Assembly (NCBI GenBank): GCA_010015585.1
Contig: ML975156.1
Direction: 5' to 3' (one strand)
Origin: Eremomyces bilateralis CBS 781.70
Lineage: Eukaryota
Length of the DNA: 64,000 bases
Within the stretch, counting starts at the first letter, position 1; each line of letters begins with the position of its first letter. This document shows, in pieces, positions 36,558-48,770 of this stretch. Below the pieces are notes generated by a model. That model did not search any database, had not been told where the DNA came from, and was given only the letters and a program-made list of their open reading frames with translations. A program made the position numbers and the translations under genes.

Positions 36558-37166
36558 ATGGATTCGGAACCGGACTCTCCCACCGACCATCTCTTCGACA
36601 GTCCTCCTCCCCACCCCCCCTCTTCCAAAACCTCGAAACCGTCCCCCGCAACCGATCCCAGTCCCACAAACCCTCAACCACGGTCCGCATCTACACGCTA
36701 CTCCGACGCCGAAGCGCGGGACGCCTCCCTCAAAACCGAGCTGCAGTCCCTCCGCCGTGTCAACGCCACCCTCGACGCGCTCATCGCCTCCTTACGCACC
36801 GCCAAAGGCAACATGTCGACCCTGTCCGGCACCCTCGCCTCCAGCACCACGTTGCTGGACTCGTATTCCCGCATCCTCAGCCTGACGGAGCACCATAACC
36901 GATTGATCCTGGATCCGCGATGGGACGGCGCGAGCGGGGACGTCGCAGAGATGGAGCGGGAGGAGGAGGCGAAGCTCGAGCGGGAGCGGGAGCGGTCGAG
37001 GATAGAGCAGCGGAGGAGGGAGGAGGAGGAACGGAGGAGGGAGGAGGCAGAGCAGAGAAGGTTAGTTGGGGCGAGTAGTAGAGGGAGGGGTGCAAGTGGA
37101 ATCGGGCGAGGTGGAATATCAAGCGGAATCGGGAGAGGGGTACGCGGAAGGGGGAGGGCGGCATAG
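36558..37166 (+). CDS. DUO1: DASH/Dam1 complex subunit Duo1
   Basis: ELQSLRRVNATLDALIASLRTAKGNM...LLDSYSRILSLTEHHNRLILDPRWDGA, followed by a charged coiled coil and an RG-rich tail. Confidence 0.88.
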   Translation: MDSEPDSPTDHLFDSPPPHPPSSKTSKPSPATDPSPTNPQPRSASTRYSDAEARDASLKTELQSLRRVNATLDALIASLRTAKGNMSTLSGTLASSTTLLDSYSRILSLTEHHNRLILDPRWDGASGDVAEMEREEEAKLERERERSRIEQRRREEEERRREEAEQRRLVGASSRGRGASGIGRGGISSGIGRGVRGRGRAA

Positions 37167-37584
37167 AAGAGGCATCGCAGAGTTGGCAACCTCTACGCGT
37201 TGTCATGGCGGATGGCGTTTATATTTTGGAGAGCAGTGCATGATACCCAACCCTTTGAGCCTTTGCAGAATCGAACGGACCTGGAATGGGAGCGTCCAGT
37301 CCGAAATTACATGGAACGGAATAGTCGTCAAATTCACGTCGATGGAACAATGGCGTGCACGATAAAATATGTCATTTTTAATGACAATGACGCACTGAAT
37401 CTCCCAAAGGAAGAATATCCACCGTGACCCCTAACGATGGCTTAACGACCATGCATACGCCCATACGTATTGCGGTCGACACTAAACCATGTGATGCGCA
37501 GGCATGTAGCGACCAGCTGATCAAACCCTGCCTGAAAACCCCTTCCACGAACCCATCGGGGAACCCGTACGGATCCCATCTACG

Positions 37585-40500
37585 TTACATCCCTTGCGAT
37601 CCATCTCCTCCGCTCGGCGATCGGCCTAATCCCCCAATGCGACTATCGAATCCAAATGACCCCGTGCCAACATTCCTCTGCAGGCCAAGTCCCGCGCCCG
37701 GTGCCATGCCCGGCGCGAGGGGCGCTCCGAACGAGTGATTCGGTCCTGCTCCGAGTCCCGGTGCAGCTCCGAGTCCCGCTAAGGGGGAACCCACGCCGAG
37801 TCCAGGGAGCGGGCTCGTTGAATCCGGTTCCCACTTGACGAACGTCCGCTGATCCTCGCCGGGTCCGATCCAGGCGATGCTGGCCGCGTCGTCCTCGGTC
37901 CGGAGCTGGAACGTTCCGCCACCGTTGTTCGAATCGCCTTCGGTTTCAAAGATCTGCATAAGTTCCTTATGTGTGACCTGGCCAATCTCGGGAGGTTGTG
38001 AGCTTTGGACGGCGGCGTACACATCTCGGACTTCGTGGTAGCCATCAATCTTCTTGGCAGCCGCGGAACCAGGACTCTCGGCCACGCCCGGAGCCGTGGA
38101 TCGTCGGGGTGCTGCAGCGGACAGTGTTCGACACGCTTGGCAGGCAAGAAGGCGGATGGTGACAGGTCGAGAGCTACGATGGTGAGATGGGGCTGGCCAA
38201 GGGTTGCCGGGACTCGCTCCCCAAGCACTCGAGCCCGTCAATCCGGACATGAGCCCTGCAGAGCCGAAGGAATTGGCAAGCGGGGGCGTGCTCCAGACCG
38301 TCGATCCGGGGATTTGAGCCCCTGGTGGCGATGGCTCACGACCGAACATCGTTGGCATCTGGTACATGCCGGGTCGGCTGTCTTGACGGCCAATGGGAGG
38401 AATACTCGGACGCCGACCACTTGACGGGCCCGGATATGGATCATCTACATCATCGAGCAATGCAGAGCTACCGAGGTGCCGAGACAAATCATCAATCGGA
38501 TCAGTCGAAAGAGACTTATGTTCGTGCTCGTGCGGCTTCACACTGGACGGTCTCTGGATAGGAGCGGGTCGTGAAATTGGTTGCGCCAAAGACTGTGAAG
38601 CCCCTGGTGGACCATCATACGAACCCGACGGCTGGCGAGAATGAGGCTGAGGGATGTCCTTCCCTATGCCGGGGGGTCCGAATGCGTTGAAATTTACAGG
38701 CCCAGACATGGGAGGAAGTGGACTGGGAAATCCGGGCGGAGGCTCAAATGCACGAGAACCGGGCATCGGTGGCTGCATAGGATGGTGCAACCCCGGAGGT
38801 CCTTGGCCAGGCATCCCATAAGGAGGCATCGGGCGAAACTGAGGTCCCATCGGGAGTTGATGGGTGGTGAAAGGTGATACGTTCGGACCCCCGTGCGGGA
38901 TTGGGCTGATTCCCTGCCCTGGAGACAGTTGAGGTTGACCGGTAGGGCCAAACGTCGTAGGAATTCCAAACCCAGATGCTGCCTGAGATACAGGAAGACC
39001 CGGAGGGGAAGCCAGTGTTCGAGGTGGGGAAGAAGGGTGAGAACTCGAGAGCGGGACCTGTTGTTGACTGGGCCTTTGGAGAATAGACCTTGGTGTTGGA
39101 ACCGGATGAGATGCAGCTGCATTATTCGGAGATGCCGACTTCGACGTGGCTGACGAGATATTCGGTGTTTTAGGCGGAGTTACATGACTACCCGGCTGTG
39201 AGCCTTGCCTTGCTCGCAGACCAGGCGTAGGAACCTTCCCCATGACTGGAGTTGCGACCGGAACGGCGGGGGAAGCATAACCGGAGGGCTGTTTGTGAAG
39301 GCCCGGTGGTATTGCGACGGCAGGTTGAGTAGGTCTTTTGGATGCTTGGGCCTGCAGGTTAGCTTGCGATAGTTGCGATGCTTGGTTCGCGCCCTTCCGG
39401 TTGTGGACCGTCTGGGCTTGAGCCTGCGCCGCAGCCTCCAATCGTAAAGGGGCCTCCTTCGCTTGACGTTCGAACTCCGCTTGGTGCAAGGCATCCCGTT
39501 GTTTGCGTCCCTTCTCCTCCTGGAGCTTCCTCTCCCGGGCCTCCTTTTCACGGGCTTCACGCTCGTCGCGTTCCCTTTTCTTGGCATCGTCTTTGGCCTT
39601 TTTCTCCAGGGCCTTGGCTTCCGCTTGCTTTCGTTGTGCTTCCAGCTGCCGCTCTTTCTCCTCTTGTTGTCGCCGAAGCCGCTCCGCCTCTTTCTTTAGT
39701 CTCTCCTCCTCTTGGGCTTTCTTCTCCGCTTCCTTCTTCCTCTTCTGTTCTTCCCGCTTCTTTCGTTGCTCTTCGGCTTTCTGGGCTTCGGCGGCCTTGG
39801 CTGCGGCTTCTTCCGCTGCTTTCTCGGCCTCGCGTCGAGCCTTCTCTTCAGCCTTGGCCTGCTTCTGCTGGAGCTTCTTGTCTTTGCGCTTTTGGGCGTC
39901 GCGAGCTTTCTTGGCGTCCCGCTCCGCACCCATACGCTCCTCCTCCTGGATCTCCTCGAGGAGTTTCTGCTGTCGCTCCTGGGCCACTTTCTCGCGGTAC
40001 GCGGTGAGGACTCGCTGCTCAAACATCCGGGCGGCGAAGATCTGGAACATGCGGCGGCCTTCTTCCATACGCTGCTCTTCGGTCATGGCATCCTAATTCC
40101 CGGTCAGAACCCTCTTCGTTTCAATGGGGGCGTTCACAAACCATCTCCTCATCCTCCTCGTACTCCTCGTCTTCGCTGTACTCCTCTTCTTCTTCCTCGT
40201 CGTACTCTTCGTCGTCGGGAGGATAAGCGTGAGTATGGGCCCCATGAGAATGCATCATGTTCGCGGCAGCATGGATTGCCTCCTCTTCGCGTTGCATCCG
40301 TCGTTCGGCGAGCTGCTCCATCATTTCGATGAATTTCTTGCCATCGTTTTTCAGCAAATCGTCGGCAACGGTCAGTATGCCCCCTGCTGCAAATCGGATT
40401 AACTCTCCGCCCGACATTGTGTTGGGAGTCCACTATACCTTTCACGGTCAAGCTGTTCCCAAAGTTCAGGAAGTCGGCGGCGGGACCACGAGGTATCTCT

Positions 40501-41504
40501 TCGGAGACATCGTCACTATACTCGTCGTAATCTTCGTCGCTGTACTCCTCCTCTTCCAGATCATCTTCTTCCTCGTCCTCCTCGTCCTCCTCGTCCTCCT
40601 CATCAAGCTCGTCGTCGACGAGATCGACCTGCGAGGCACCGGGGGTTGCATGGTCGATCAGACGATGCATGCGATCGGGCGGCAACCTGGCATGTTGTTG
40701 GCCATTCTGTCTCACCTGAGGGGGTGCGGGCAGGCCGTTGCTTGGGATGTGCTGGTGATGTGCGTACTGTTCAAGCTCATCATAATATGCGTCATATAGC
40801 ACTTCCAGCTCCTCCTCGATGGCGACGCGCTTTCGACCACAAACCGTGCAGCTGCAGGAATGCTTCTGCTGCTCCTTCATCTTCCGCATGACCGCGTCTT
40901 TCTCGATCTTAACCAGTGACTTCCGCTCGTCCTCGCCGAGAGAGAGCCAAAACTCCTTGATTCGCTCCCGCTCTTCTTGCGTGGACGTGTTCCAGATGCG
41001 GTCCTTGGTTTTAGCGTGTTTGGGTCGAAGAGCATCGGACGAGGAAGGGCCAGATAGAGTCGAGACAATCCCATGGGTATGAGGCCCATCAACGGCAGAG
41101 GCTCCGGATTTCGACTTTTTCTTCTTCTTAGATTTCTTCTTCGCCCCATTCGTCGCCTCGCCCGTGTGACCGTTCGGTAGAGCGGACGGGAACCGGGGGT
41201 CCCTTGGCAGGTCGGCGTCGCTGTAGTAAACGTCATCCGGCCCCCCAGGTTGTCCTTGATAATCCAGGTCGGCGTCATCGAATTCCTCTGCACCATGATC
41301 CGTATCTGGCATCGGAGGAGACCGTAAGTGCGCTCCCTGTGACACATGGGCGGCGTTCGGCAAACCACCGGTCGGCCGACCTTGCTCGGCCGCTTGTTTG
41401 GCGGCCTGCTTCGCTCGACGCTTCTGTTTCTTCCGGTTGACGATAGGGGGGATGGACGAGGCAGAGCCAGCGACGGCTCCATTGTTTACTGAGTTTCCCG
41501 GCAT
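37585..41504 (-). CDS. NST1: Stress response protein Nst1
   Basis: Exons 41504-40439, 40383-40142, 40092-37585. Motifs [17 protein letters not shown]...[66 protein letters not shown]. Confidence 0.93.
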
Positions 41505-42650
41505 CGGGTCCCAAGATGAGGTCGTCTTGGGAGGTTTGCGGGGTGGGTGGATGGAGAGCTGCGATAGCAGAGGTCGCGGAAGTGGTCAGCCCTTCTTCCA
41601 AAGCCACTGGTGACCTGGTCAATAAGCTCGAAAGTCATCCAACGGCGAGTGTGAGTGGCGCGTGGCGGTCTAGCGGAGTCGGTAGCGATATGATGTCGAG
41701 GATAACTAGCCCTTTTCCCAGAAGTGAGTCGATTGTCAGGGCTCTCAGGACCGAAGCAGACGCGTGGACAGCTCCAGAGCGGTGGAAGAGCGGATGGAAT
41801 CGACGGAGACTTCAGCAAGGCAATGCTCGAGGAATCGGATACGGGGAAGTAAAGTGGTGGATGTTTAAACTCTACAGGAGAGAAACGTGAATTGCCCGCA
41901 GAGACCAGAGAGCGTTGGTTATGCAGGTTCGGTCTTGGCGAAAACCGGCAGGGCAGCGGCGGTGCAAGCAATGGGTGGTTCCTGCCCTGCACTGTTGGAT
42001 TTAAGGCGTCAAGGCATCACTCTATCAGACACCACTCTATCAGAAATTCGGAATTCAGACATCACTCTGCACTCACGTGATCTGGCACTACCATCCTTGC
42101 ACAGCCACACTTCTCACTCACCAGGCCACCACAGCCGCAGCTCAACCCCGACTCCCCGAGTCCCCGACAGTGAGACACAACAGTGAGACCACCACCACCG
42201 CTGCCACCACCACTGACTAGACGCCATTCTAAACTTCCTTCTCCCTCCATCTCAACCTCACCCACCGAACGCTTTTCCCACTCCGCTTCCTTTCCCTATT
42301 CCTTCCCCTTCGTGCTGGCGACGGAGCGATCAATCTCTGCTGGTCCCAGGATCCCGCCTCAGCAATTGCCATTGTCTCTCACAGCTTACAGCCTGTCGAC
42401 CAGGGCTTGGAACCGTTGATCATCGAGACAACATCCCGATTCCCCACCCTACCCAATCTTCCCCGACTCCGACCACGATCGCGATCCGAAGACGACTCGA
42501 CGACCGAACTCCTGGACGCTTTCACGACGACGTGACAGGCTGTCCATTCTCCCCGTGCGGAAACCCGTGCAGCTAGGCATCGATCATCGGTTCGAGTCCT
42601 CAACGTCAGCTAAGGCGGAACCCTCGGAATACACATCCTCAACCGGCGAT

Positions 42651-43772
42651 ATGGCACAGAATGGGGAAACGGTGATGAGGAGGTAAGTTTGCAGAAGGTC
42701 ATAATCTCCTTCAAACTTCAATCACGCCGAACATATCCACCGCATCCCAATATCCAACCCTTTCTTCCCTGTGGCGCTGTTGTGTCACTTCCAGTGCAGG
42801 AGTTCGAATGTCGCACGTATCAGGATGCCTACTACCAGTCCCTCCTTTCTTCCCCCATCCCTCTCTCCCAGCCTTGGGAAGTGTAAACTACCTTCTTTTC
42901 TCCTCTTTCGATTTTCTCGCGGTCGCCAAACCGGTTTTAGGATGATGTCGCCAAAAATAGTATACCGATTGGAACCCCTGCCGCGCTATTCCGTCACTTT
43001 GTCGATTCGGTGTCTTGCTTCCAAATAGACTTGACACAAGTTCTCAGGACTATTACCGATGCCCACTTACTAACCCGACTGCTTGTTCAGGAAACTAGTC
43101 ATCATTGGAGACGGAGCCTGTGGGAAGACAAGTTTACTCAGTGTGTTCACATTAGGTTATTTTCCACCGGTATGGCGAGATACCTCATATTCATATGGAT
43201 CGACTGGCTAACAATAGTCGGTAGAGATATGTATGTAGACTCAATAGCCTAGCCGCATGCAGCAGTCCATACTCATCCGCGACCAGGTTCCCACCGTCTT
43301 CGAAAACTACGTTACAGACTGCCGTGTCGATGGAAAATCAGTGCAGCTCGCTCTCTGGGATACCGCCGGGCAAGAAGACTACGAGCGACTCCGACCGTTA
43401 GCATACTCCAAAGCCCATGTCCTCCTCATTGGCTTCAGCGTTGACTCTCCCGACTCACTCGAGAACGTCAAGGCGAAATGGGCTGAAGAGGCCCGAGAAC
43501 GATGCCCGGGAGTCCCGATTATACTGGTTGGTCTGAAGAAAGATCTAAGAGACGACCCGCTCGCGCAGGAAGATATGCGCAAGAAGAGCCTACGGTTTGT
43601 GACGGCGAAAGACGGAAGCGAAATGAAAGACCTCATCGGCGCCCGGAAATATCTGGAGTGCAGCAGCTTGACTGGAGATGGCGTGGACGATGTGTTCGAG
43701 GCCGCGACACGAGCCGCCTTGATTGCTGGGGACGAAGGGAAGGGCCGGCCCGGGTGCTGCGTCATTCTGTGA
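42651..43772 (+). CDS. RHO2: Rho-family GTPase Rho2
   Basis: Exons 42651-42682, 43091-43169, 43225-43230, 43287-43772. Sequence [60 protein letters not shown], ending in CAAX CCVIL. Confidence 0.95.
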
Positions 43773-44445
43773 ACACTGAATCCAGCCACCGGGCCATACG
43801 ATGCAAACGACGAGCAACTCCGTCCGCTAAGTATCACTTCGACTCTCACGGTTCCGGCGTTTCTCGTCCCATTCCCTTTGTTCGTCTTTGCATTCAATCG
43901 GCGTTCATGCGACATTGCGGGCGTCCTTTGGAGTTTGGATCGGCCGAAACGACTTCCTGATGAGCTGCTCTTGACCTCCACCACGATTCAGGGGTTCGTG
44001 CTAGGCGATGGTTTAGTGGGGGTGGAAAAGGAATTGGGATTTGGAAATCTCGAAAGACTGATTTGTCACAGCGGGCAGGCCCATAGTTCGATGCTTCGCC
44101 ATCGACCTTTCTCCAATGGTGCTCCTAATGTTCCTCTTCTGTTTCGTCCAGCGGAAAACTAATGATGTCGGGGAAGGTAGCGGGGTCGGAGCCTTCGAAA
44201 AGCACATGTATCTATTATACAGTTGTGAATACATGGTGGTATCTTTTGAAATGTATGCATGCAAGTTGACCACATGATACTTCCATAGCCATACGTACAG
44301 TTAATCGCAGCCGCTGCAATGGATCCTTTCAGCAAGAATCCCATCCACCAGAGTCTCGGATGTAAAAGGGTTTGGCATCCTTATGACCATATCGGCGAAG
44401 ATAGTGAGAGGAAATATATCTCTTCGAAATCGGTCCCAAACTTTC

Positions 44446-45156
44446 CTAAGGTCGTTTCCACCCAATATTCCACCCATCACGGCTCGGATAATCAGTAAGC
44501 GGCCTCGCATACTCAATCGGGAACCCTTTCCACACATCCTGCTTCTTCATCGCCTTCCGATACAACCTCCCCACCTCCTTTCCTGTCGGCCTCGCCCGGA
44601 CCTGTTCGCGCGTCTCCGCCTCGCCGCCCTCATCCTCAATCACCCCCGGCGTCGCGTCCGACAACGGCGCGCGGTTGCCCAGCTCGTCCATGTGTCGTAG
44701 TTCTTCGCATGCGTCGCGCATGCTGTGGTAAAGCCGTTGCAGTTCGCGTTCCCGAGCTTCGCGCTGCTGGCGGCGGTAGAGTTGCCAGGCGCGGTGGATG
44801 GTCCAGTGTCTGAGGTAACGGGAACGGCCGAAGCGGAGAGGTCGGGGGGTTTGGGGGTGCATGAGATGGTAGCGGAGCTCGGCTGTAAGCGATGTCAGTG
44901 ACCGGAGCGCTACGAAGGGACGGATGGGGGGAAACTTACTAATCCGCTTATCCTTTTTGGGCCTCTCTTTCTTGCGAGCGAGGAGGGTGGCGGATGTCGA
45001 GAATGGAGAGACTTGAGGCTGAAAGGGCATTATTTGATAGCGAGCGCAATACATTGACTGTGGAATCCATTGTCGTGGATGAGGAGTTGATCTCGATATG
45101 GCCTGTAATGAGCCAAACCATTGGCGAAGGAGGGAAGGCGTTGACATCTTGAACAT
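44446..45156 (-). CDS. MRPL28: Mitochondrial large-subunit ribosomal protein (MrpL28/mL40 family)
   Basis: Arg/Ser-rich presequence and PRPLRFGRSRYLRHWTIHRAWQLY...FPIEYARPLTDYPS. In-frame 57-nt intron 44883-44939. Confidence 0.85.
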   Translation of the reverse strand: MFKMSTPSLLRQWFGSLQAISRSTPHPRQWIPQSMYCARYQIMPFQPQVSPFSTSATLLARKKERPKKDKRISKFPPIRPFVALRSLTSLTAELRYHLMHPQTPRPLRFGRSRYLRHWTIHRAWQLYRRQQREARERELQRLYHSMRDACEELRHMDELGNRAPLSDATPGVIEDEGGEAETREQVRARPTGKEVGRLYRKAMKKQDVWKGFPIEYARPLTDYPSRDGWNIGWKRP

Positions 45157-45394
45157 CCCGTCCTGGCCTGACAGGAACAGATAGTCTGCAAAATGTTCGA
45201 GTCCTGATATGTGATATTACTCGATCAATGTGCTTCGAAAAACGCAAAGGTCACAATTCCAAGTGAAGTCCGAATGGAAAGTTCATATGGGGAGCTCCTT
45301 AACCAGTTCGAGGCGCATTCTCTCCCTCCAATCAGAGCGGATATTCAGCCAACCAATGGGAGCTGTATAAACATCTGGAACCAAATATATGAGT

Positions 45395-45410
45395 CACGTG
45401 ATGGCACGTG
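45395..45410. promoter_or_regulatory. Tandem CACGTG E-boxes in the MRPL28/PCM1 divergent promoter
   Basis: gtCACGTGatggCACGTGatc; CCAAT boxes just upstream, near 45328 and 45353. Confidence 0.55.
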
Positions 45411-45750
45411 ATCTCCGCCGGCCGTGTTTCTCCTCTGCTGCACTTCCCCCGTATCTTAGAGTACTGAAATGATACCTTGTCTTATGACCCTGTTAATCTC
45501 CGGAGTCAGAAGTCCAAAAATAGTCAGGTAGCGGTGATGGATTGGATCGTCGTGTAATTTGCCTCAATCAGATCTATACCTGATCAATACTATTTCTTGC
45601 CTCAAGGCTTCGATATATCAGGCGTGTTGTCCGAATAGGTACATCCCAGCGTTTTTGTTTCCAGGCTTGTTTAGGCTCCGCTTCTATGGACTGTTGTGTT
45701 GTTTGCATTGCCTGACTGTCAGCGTGTTGAAAGCCACCCTTCTTCAGTAC

Positions 45751-45790
45751 TTCCGCGATCTTTCGCGATCATTCACGATCTTTCACGACC
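45751..45790. repeat. Degenerate 10-bp tandem repeat upstream of PCM1
   Basis: ttccgcgatc / tttcgcgatc / attcacgatc / tttcacgacc. Confidence 0.75.
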
Positions 45791-45860
45791 TTTCCTTTAC
45801 ACGGCACTCACATACATCGCTTCCTCTTTTCCAAGTTCCTTGATCAAGTCCTCATCAATC

Positions 45861-47762
45861 ATGTCCGACGTGATTCCCAAGGCGCTGCTCGAGGCTACTG
45901 CGAAGCACCCCAAGGGGAAGGACCTCGTGTTTCAATATGGGACAGCTGGTGTAAGTTCCGCCTTTACAGTCCAGGATGCATGACACTGACGTCAACATCT
46001 AGTTCCGCCTGAAGGCGTATGCATTGTGCCAAGAGAATATTGGTATCATCTTCATCGCTGACCAGCATGCTGTAGGAACCTCCTTGGCTCTGTGGTCTTC
46101 CGAGTCGGGCTTCTGGCTGCTTTGCGCTCCAGGAAGTTCAATGGCCAAACCATTGGCGTCATGATCACTGCGAGTCACAATCCTCCTGAGGACAATGGTG
46201 TCAAGCTCGTTGATCCAATGGTATGTTCCTTGAACCTCGTGCTGAATTCGTGTTTAGCATATGGCTGACTATATCGTATAGGGAGATATGCTGGAGGTAC
46301 AGTCATTATCACCTTACACATTCGCCTTAGATGCTAACAATATTGAAAGGGTACTTGGGAACAATATGCCACTCTACTTGCCAATGCTGGGAATGATGAA
46401 GCCCTGGTCGAAGCGTATGAACAGGTGGCGGAGGAGCTGAAGGTGAACCTCAATGCGCCTGCTCGCGTGGTCTTTGCCCGAGACACCAGAGCGTCCGGTT
46501 TCACTCTGGCTGCGGCTCTTGTCGATGGGTTGAAGGCGCTCAATGTTGAGTATGTCGACTTCAAGATCCTCACCACTCCCCAACTCCACTATCTAGTCCG
46601 CTGCATAAATACGAAGGGGACCCACTTTGAGTATGGTGAGCCAACCGAACAAGGCTATTATCAGAAGATTGCGACTGCCTTCAAGAACGCCATGGCAGAC
46701 AAGAAGCCCAAGGGTTCTGTCACAGTGGACTGTGCCAATGGCGTCGGAGGCCCCAAGCTTCATGAGATGATCAAGTATCTGCCTCCAGGAATGCTCGATA
46801 TTCGTGTGGTGAACGACGATGTTCTGAAACCCGAAGCTCTCAATGTACAGGTACGGACGGCATGATCGTTTAAAATAGGTGAACTGTCTGACATCGTATA
46901 GTGTGGCGCCGACTTCGTCAAGACGCAGCAACGTCCGCCTCCGTCCTCGAAAGCCGCTCCGCATGAGCGTCACGCCAGCCTTGACGGCGATGCCGACCGT
47001 GTCGTGTATTACTTCCTCGATCGCGAGTCCAACTTCCGTCTCCTCGACGGCGATCGGATTGCAACGCTCGCCGCTGGCTTCCTCGGAAACCTCGTCAAGC
47101 TGGCCGACCTCTCTGATGAGATTACGCTTGGTGTCGTGCAAACGGCCTACGCCAACGGAGCGAGCACCAAGTACCTCACGGATGTGATGAAGCTCCCGGT
47201 AGTGTGCACCAGCACTGGTGTTAAGCACCTGCATCATGCCGCCCAACGCTTCGACATCGGAATCTACTTCGAAGCCAACGGGCACGGTACGGTTCTGTTC
47301 TCTCCCGATGCGCTAAAGGCCATCGAAACCCGTCAGCCGAAGTCGCCGCATCACGCCTCCACTCTCAAGATTCTAACTGCCGTCACCAACCTCATCAACC
47401 AAGCCGTCGGCGACGCCATCTCGGACATGCTCCTCGCGGAGGTGATCCTAGCACATATGGAATGGAAGCCCGAGAACTGGCTTGCAACTTACACCGACCT
47501 TCCGAACCGCCTTGTTCGAGTCGAAGTGCGGGACCGCACCATCTTCAAGGCCACGGATTCCGAACGCAGGCTGGAAAGCCCCAAAGGCGCCCAGGATGAG
47601 ATCGACAAACTGGCTGGCAAGTTCTGCCTTGGCCGGAGCTTCGCACGAGCTAGTGGCACGGAGGATGCAGTCCGAGTGTACGCGGAGGCTGCCACCCGCG
47701 GAGAGTGCGATGAGTTGGCGCGTGGGGTCGTGATGGTGGTGCAGAAATATGGAGCACTCTGA
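45861..47762 (+). CDS. PCM1: Phosphoacetylglucosamine mutase (Agm1/Pcm1)
   Basis: Exons 45861-45950, 46003-46016, 46076-46220, 46282-46296, 46350-46850, 46902-47762. Motifs [45 protein letters not shown]. Confidence 0.96.
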
Positions 47763-48004
47763 ACTATCAGTTCGGTTGGAAGTTATGCATTCCAGCAATG
47801 CTGGTTGGGTACGTGCTTTCTAGAAATGCAGTCTTCGGGGTTCGACTGTTGATCTCGGGCGGGAACGCAAGATTTGCAGTTGGCTATTCAGCAGCCGACA
47901 TAAAGTCGTGATGAGGCGTGTTCATAGCGCAAATGATACCGTTTAACAGTTCCTACTTTGGGCTGTCTATCCTAACATTGACATGACAATATCTTGAAAC
48001 TGTC

Positions 48005-48770
48005 TTATTCCTGAACATCAAAACTGGCCCCACACCCACAACTACTCGACGCCCCGGGTATATCCACCACTTTAAACTGGCTCCCAATCAATTCCATGGC
48101 GTAATCCACCTTTGCCCCTCCAATGACTTCCAAGCTACTCTCGTCTACCACCACCTTCGCGCCATCTGCGTCATCGCCAAACTCTCGGTCTTCCTCCGGA
48201 TCGAATTCCTCCTGCGGTGACGTCGCCGAATTTGGCGATGACAGGTCTTCGAGTGTGAATATGTACTGAAAGCCGTGGCAGCCGCCAGGCAGCACGCTGA
48301 TGCGGAGACGAATGGGTTGGTCGGATGTCTTCGCGATGGCTCGGAGCCGCTGTGAAGGTTGGATCAGAACGGTTCAACGCAGAAAGGAGCCATGTGCTTA
48401 CCTCTCTAGCCCGTGGCAAGATTGTTATAATGGACTTATCAGGTGCCGATGGAGGAGGTGTCGTTGTATCAGGTTGTGAAGATCCTATGGTCGTCTGAGT
48501 TGATCGCATGTAGACAGAGCCTGATGATAACCAGCGGACAGCAGTTTGGCTCCTCAAGGTAAACGATGGTATGCTACTGATGCGTAGGGAACCTTCTTTG
48601 CTTCGCATTAAGCATCTCGACGCTCGTGAGGCCAGAGGGTCTGGGGTGGCGCTGGTGAAGGTGAGGGTCCGGGATGAGAAGGCTCTCCGTACGCTGTTGA
48701 GCTGACTCGGTTTTACTGCTGATAGTGCCCGCTGTCTACAAGAGACACAGATGTAAGATGAGGTCGCCAT
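48005..48770 (-). CDS. ISA2: Mitochondrial iron-sulfur cluster assembly protein (IscA/HesB family, Isa2-like)
   Basis: Exons 48770-48402 and 48349-48005. Long Arg/Ser-rich presequence, GGCHGFQY and SSCGCGASF. Confidence 0.9.

Noticed and set aside
42589..42600. B-box-like GGTTCGAGTCC (similar at about 22690, 42802 and 45194) suggesting tRNA or SINE
   Set aside because: No pairing T-stem, acceptor stem or properly spaced A box. At most these are isolated TFIIIC sites.
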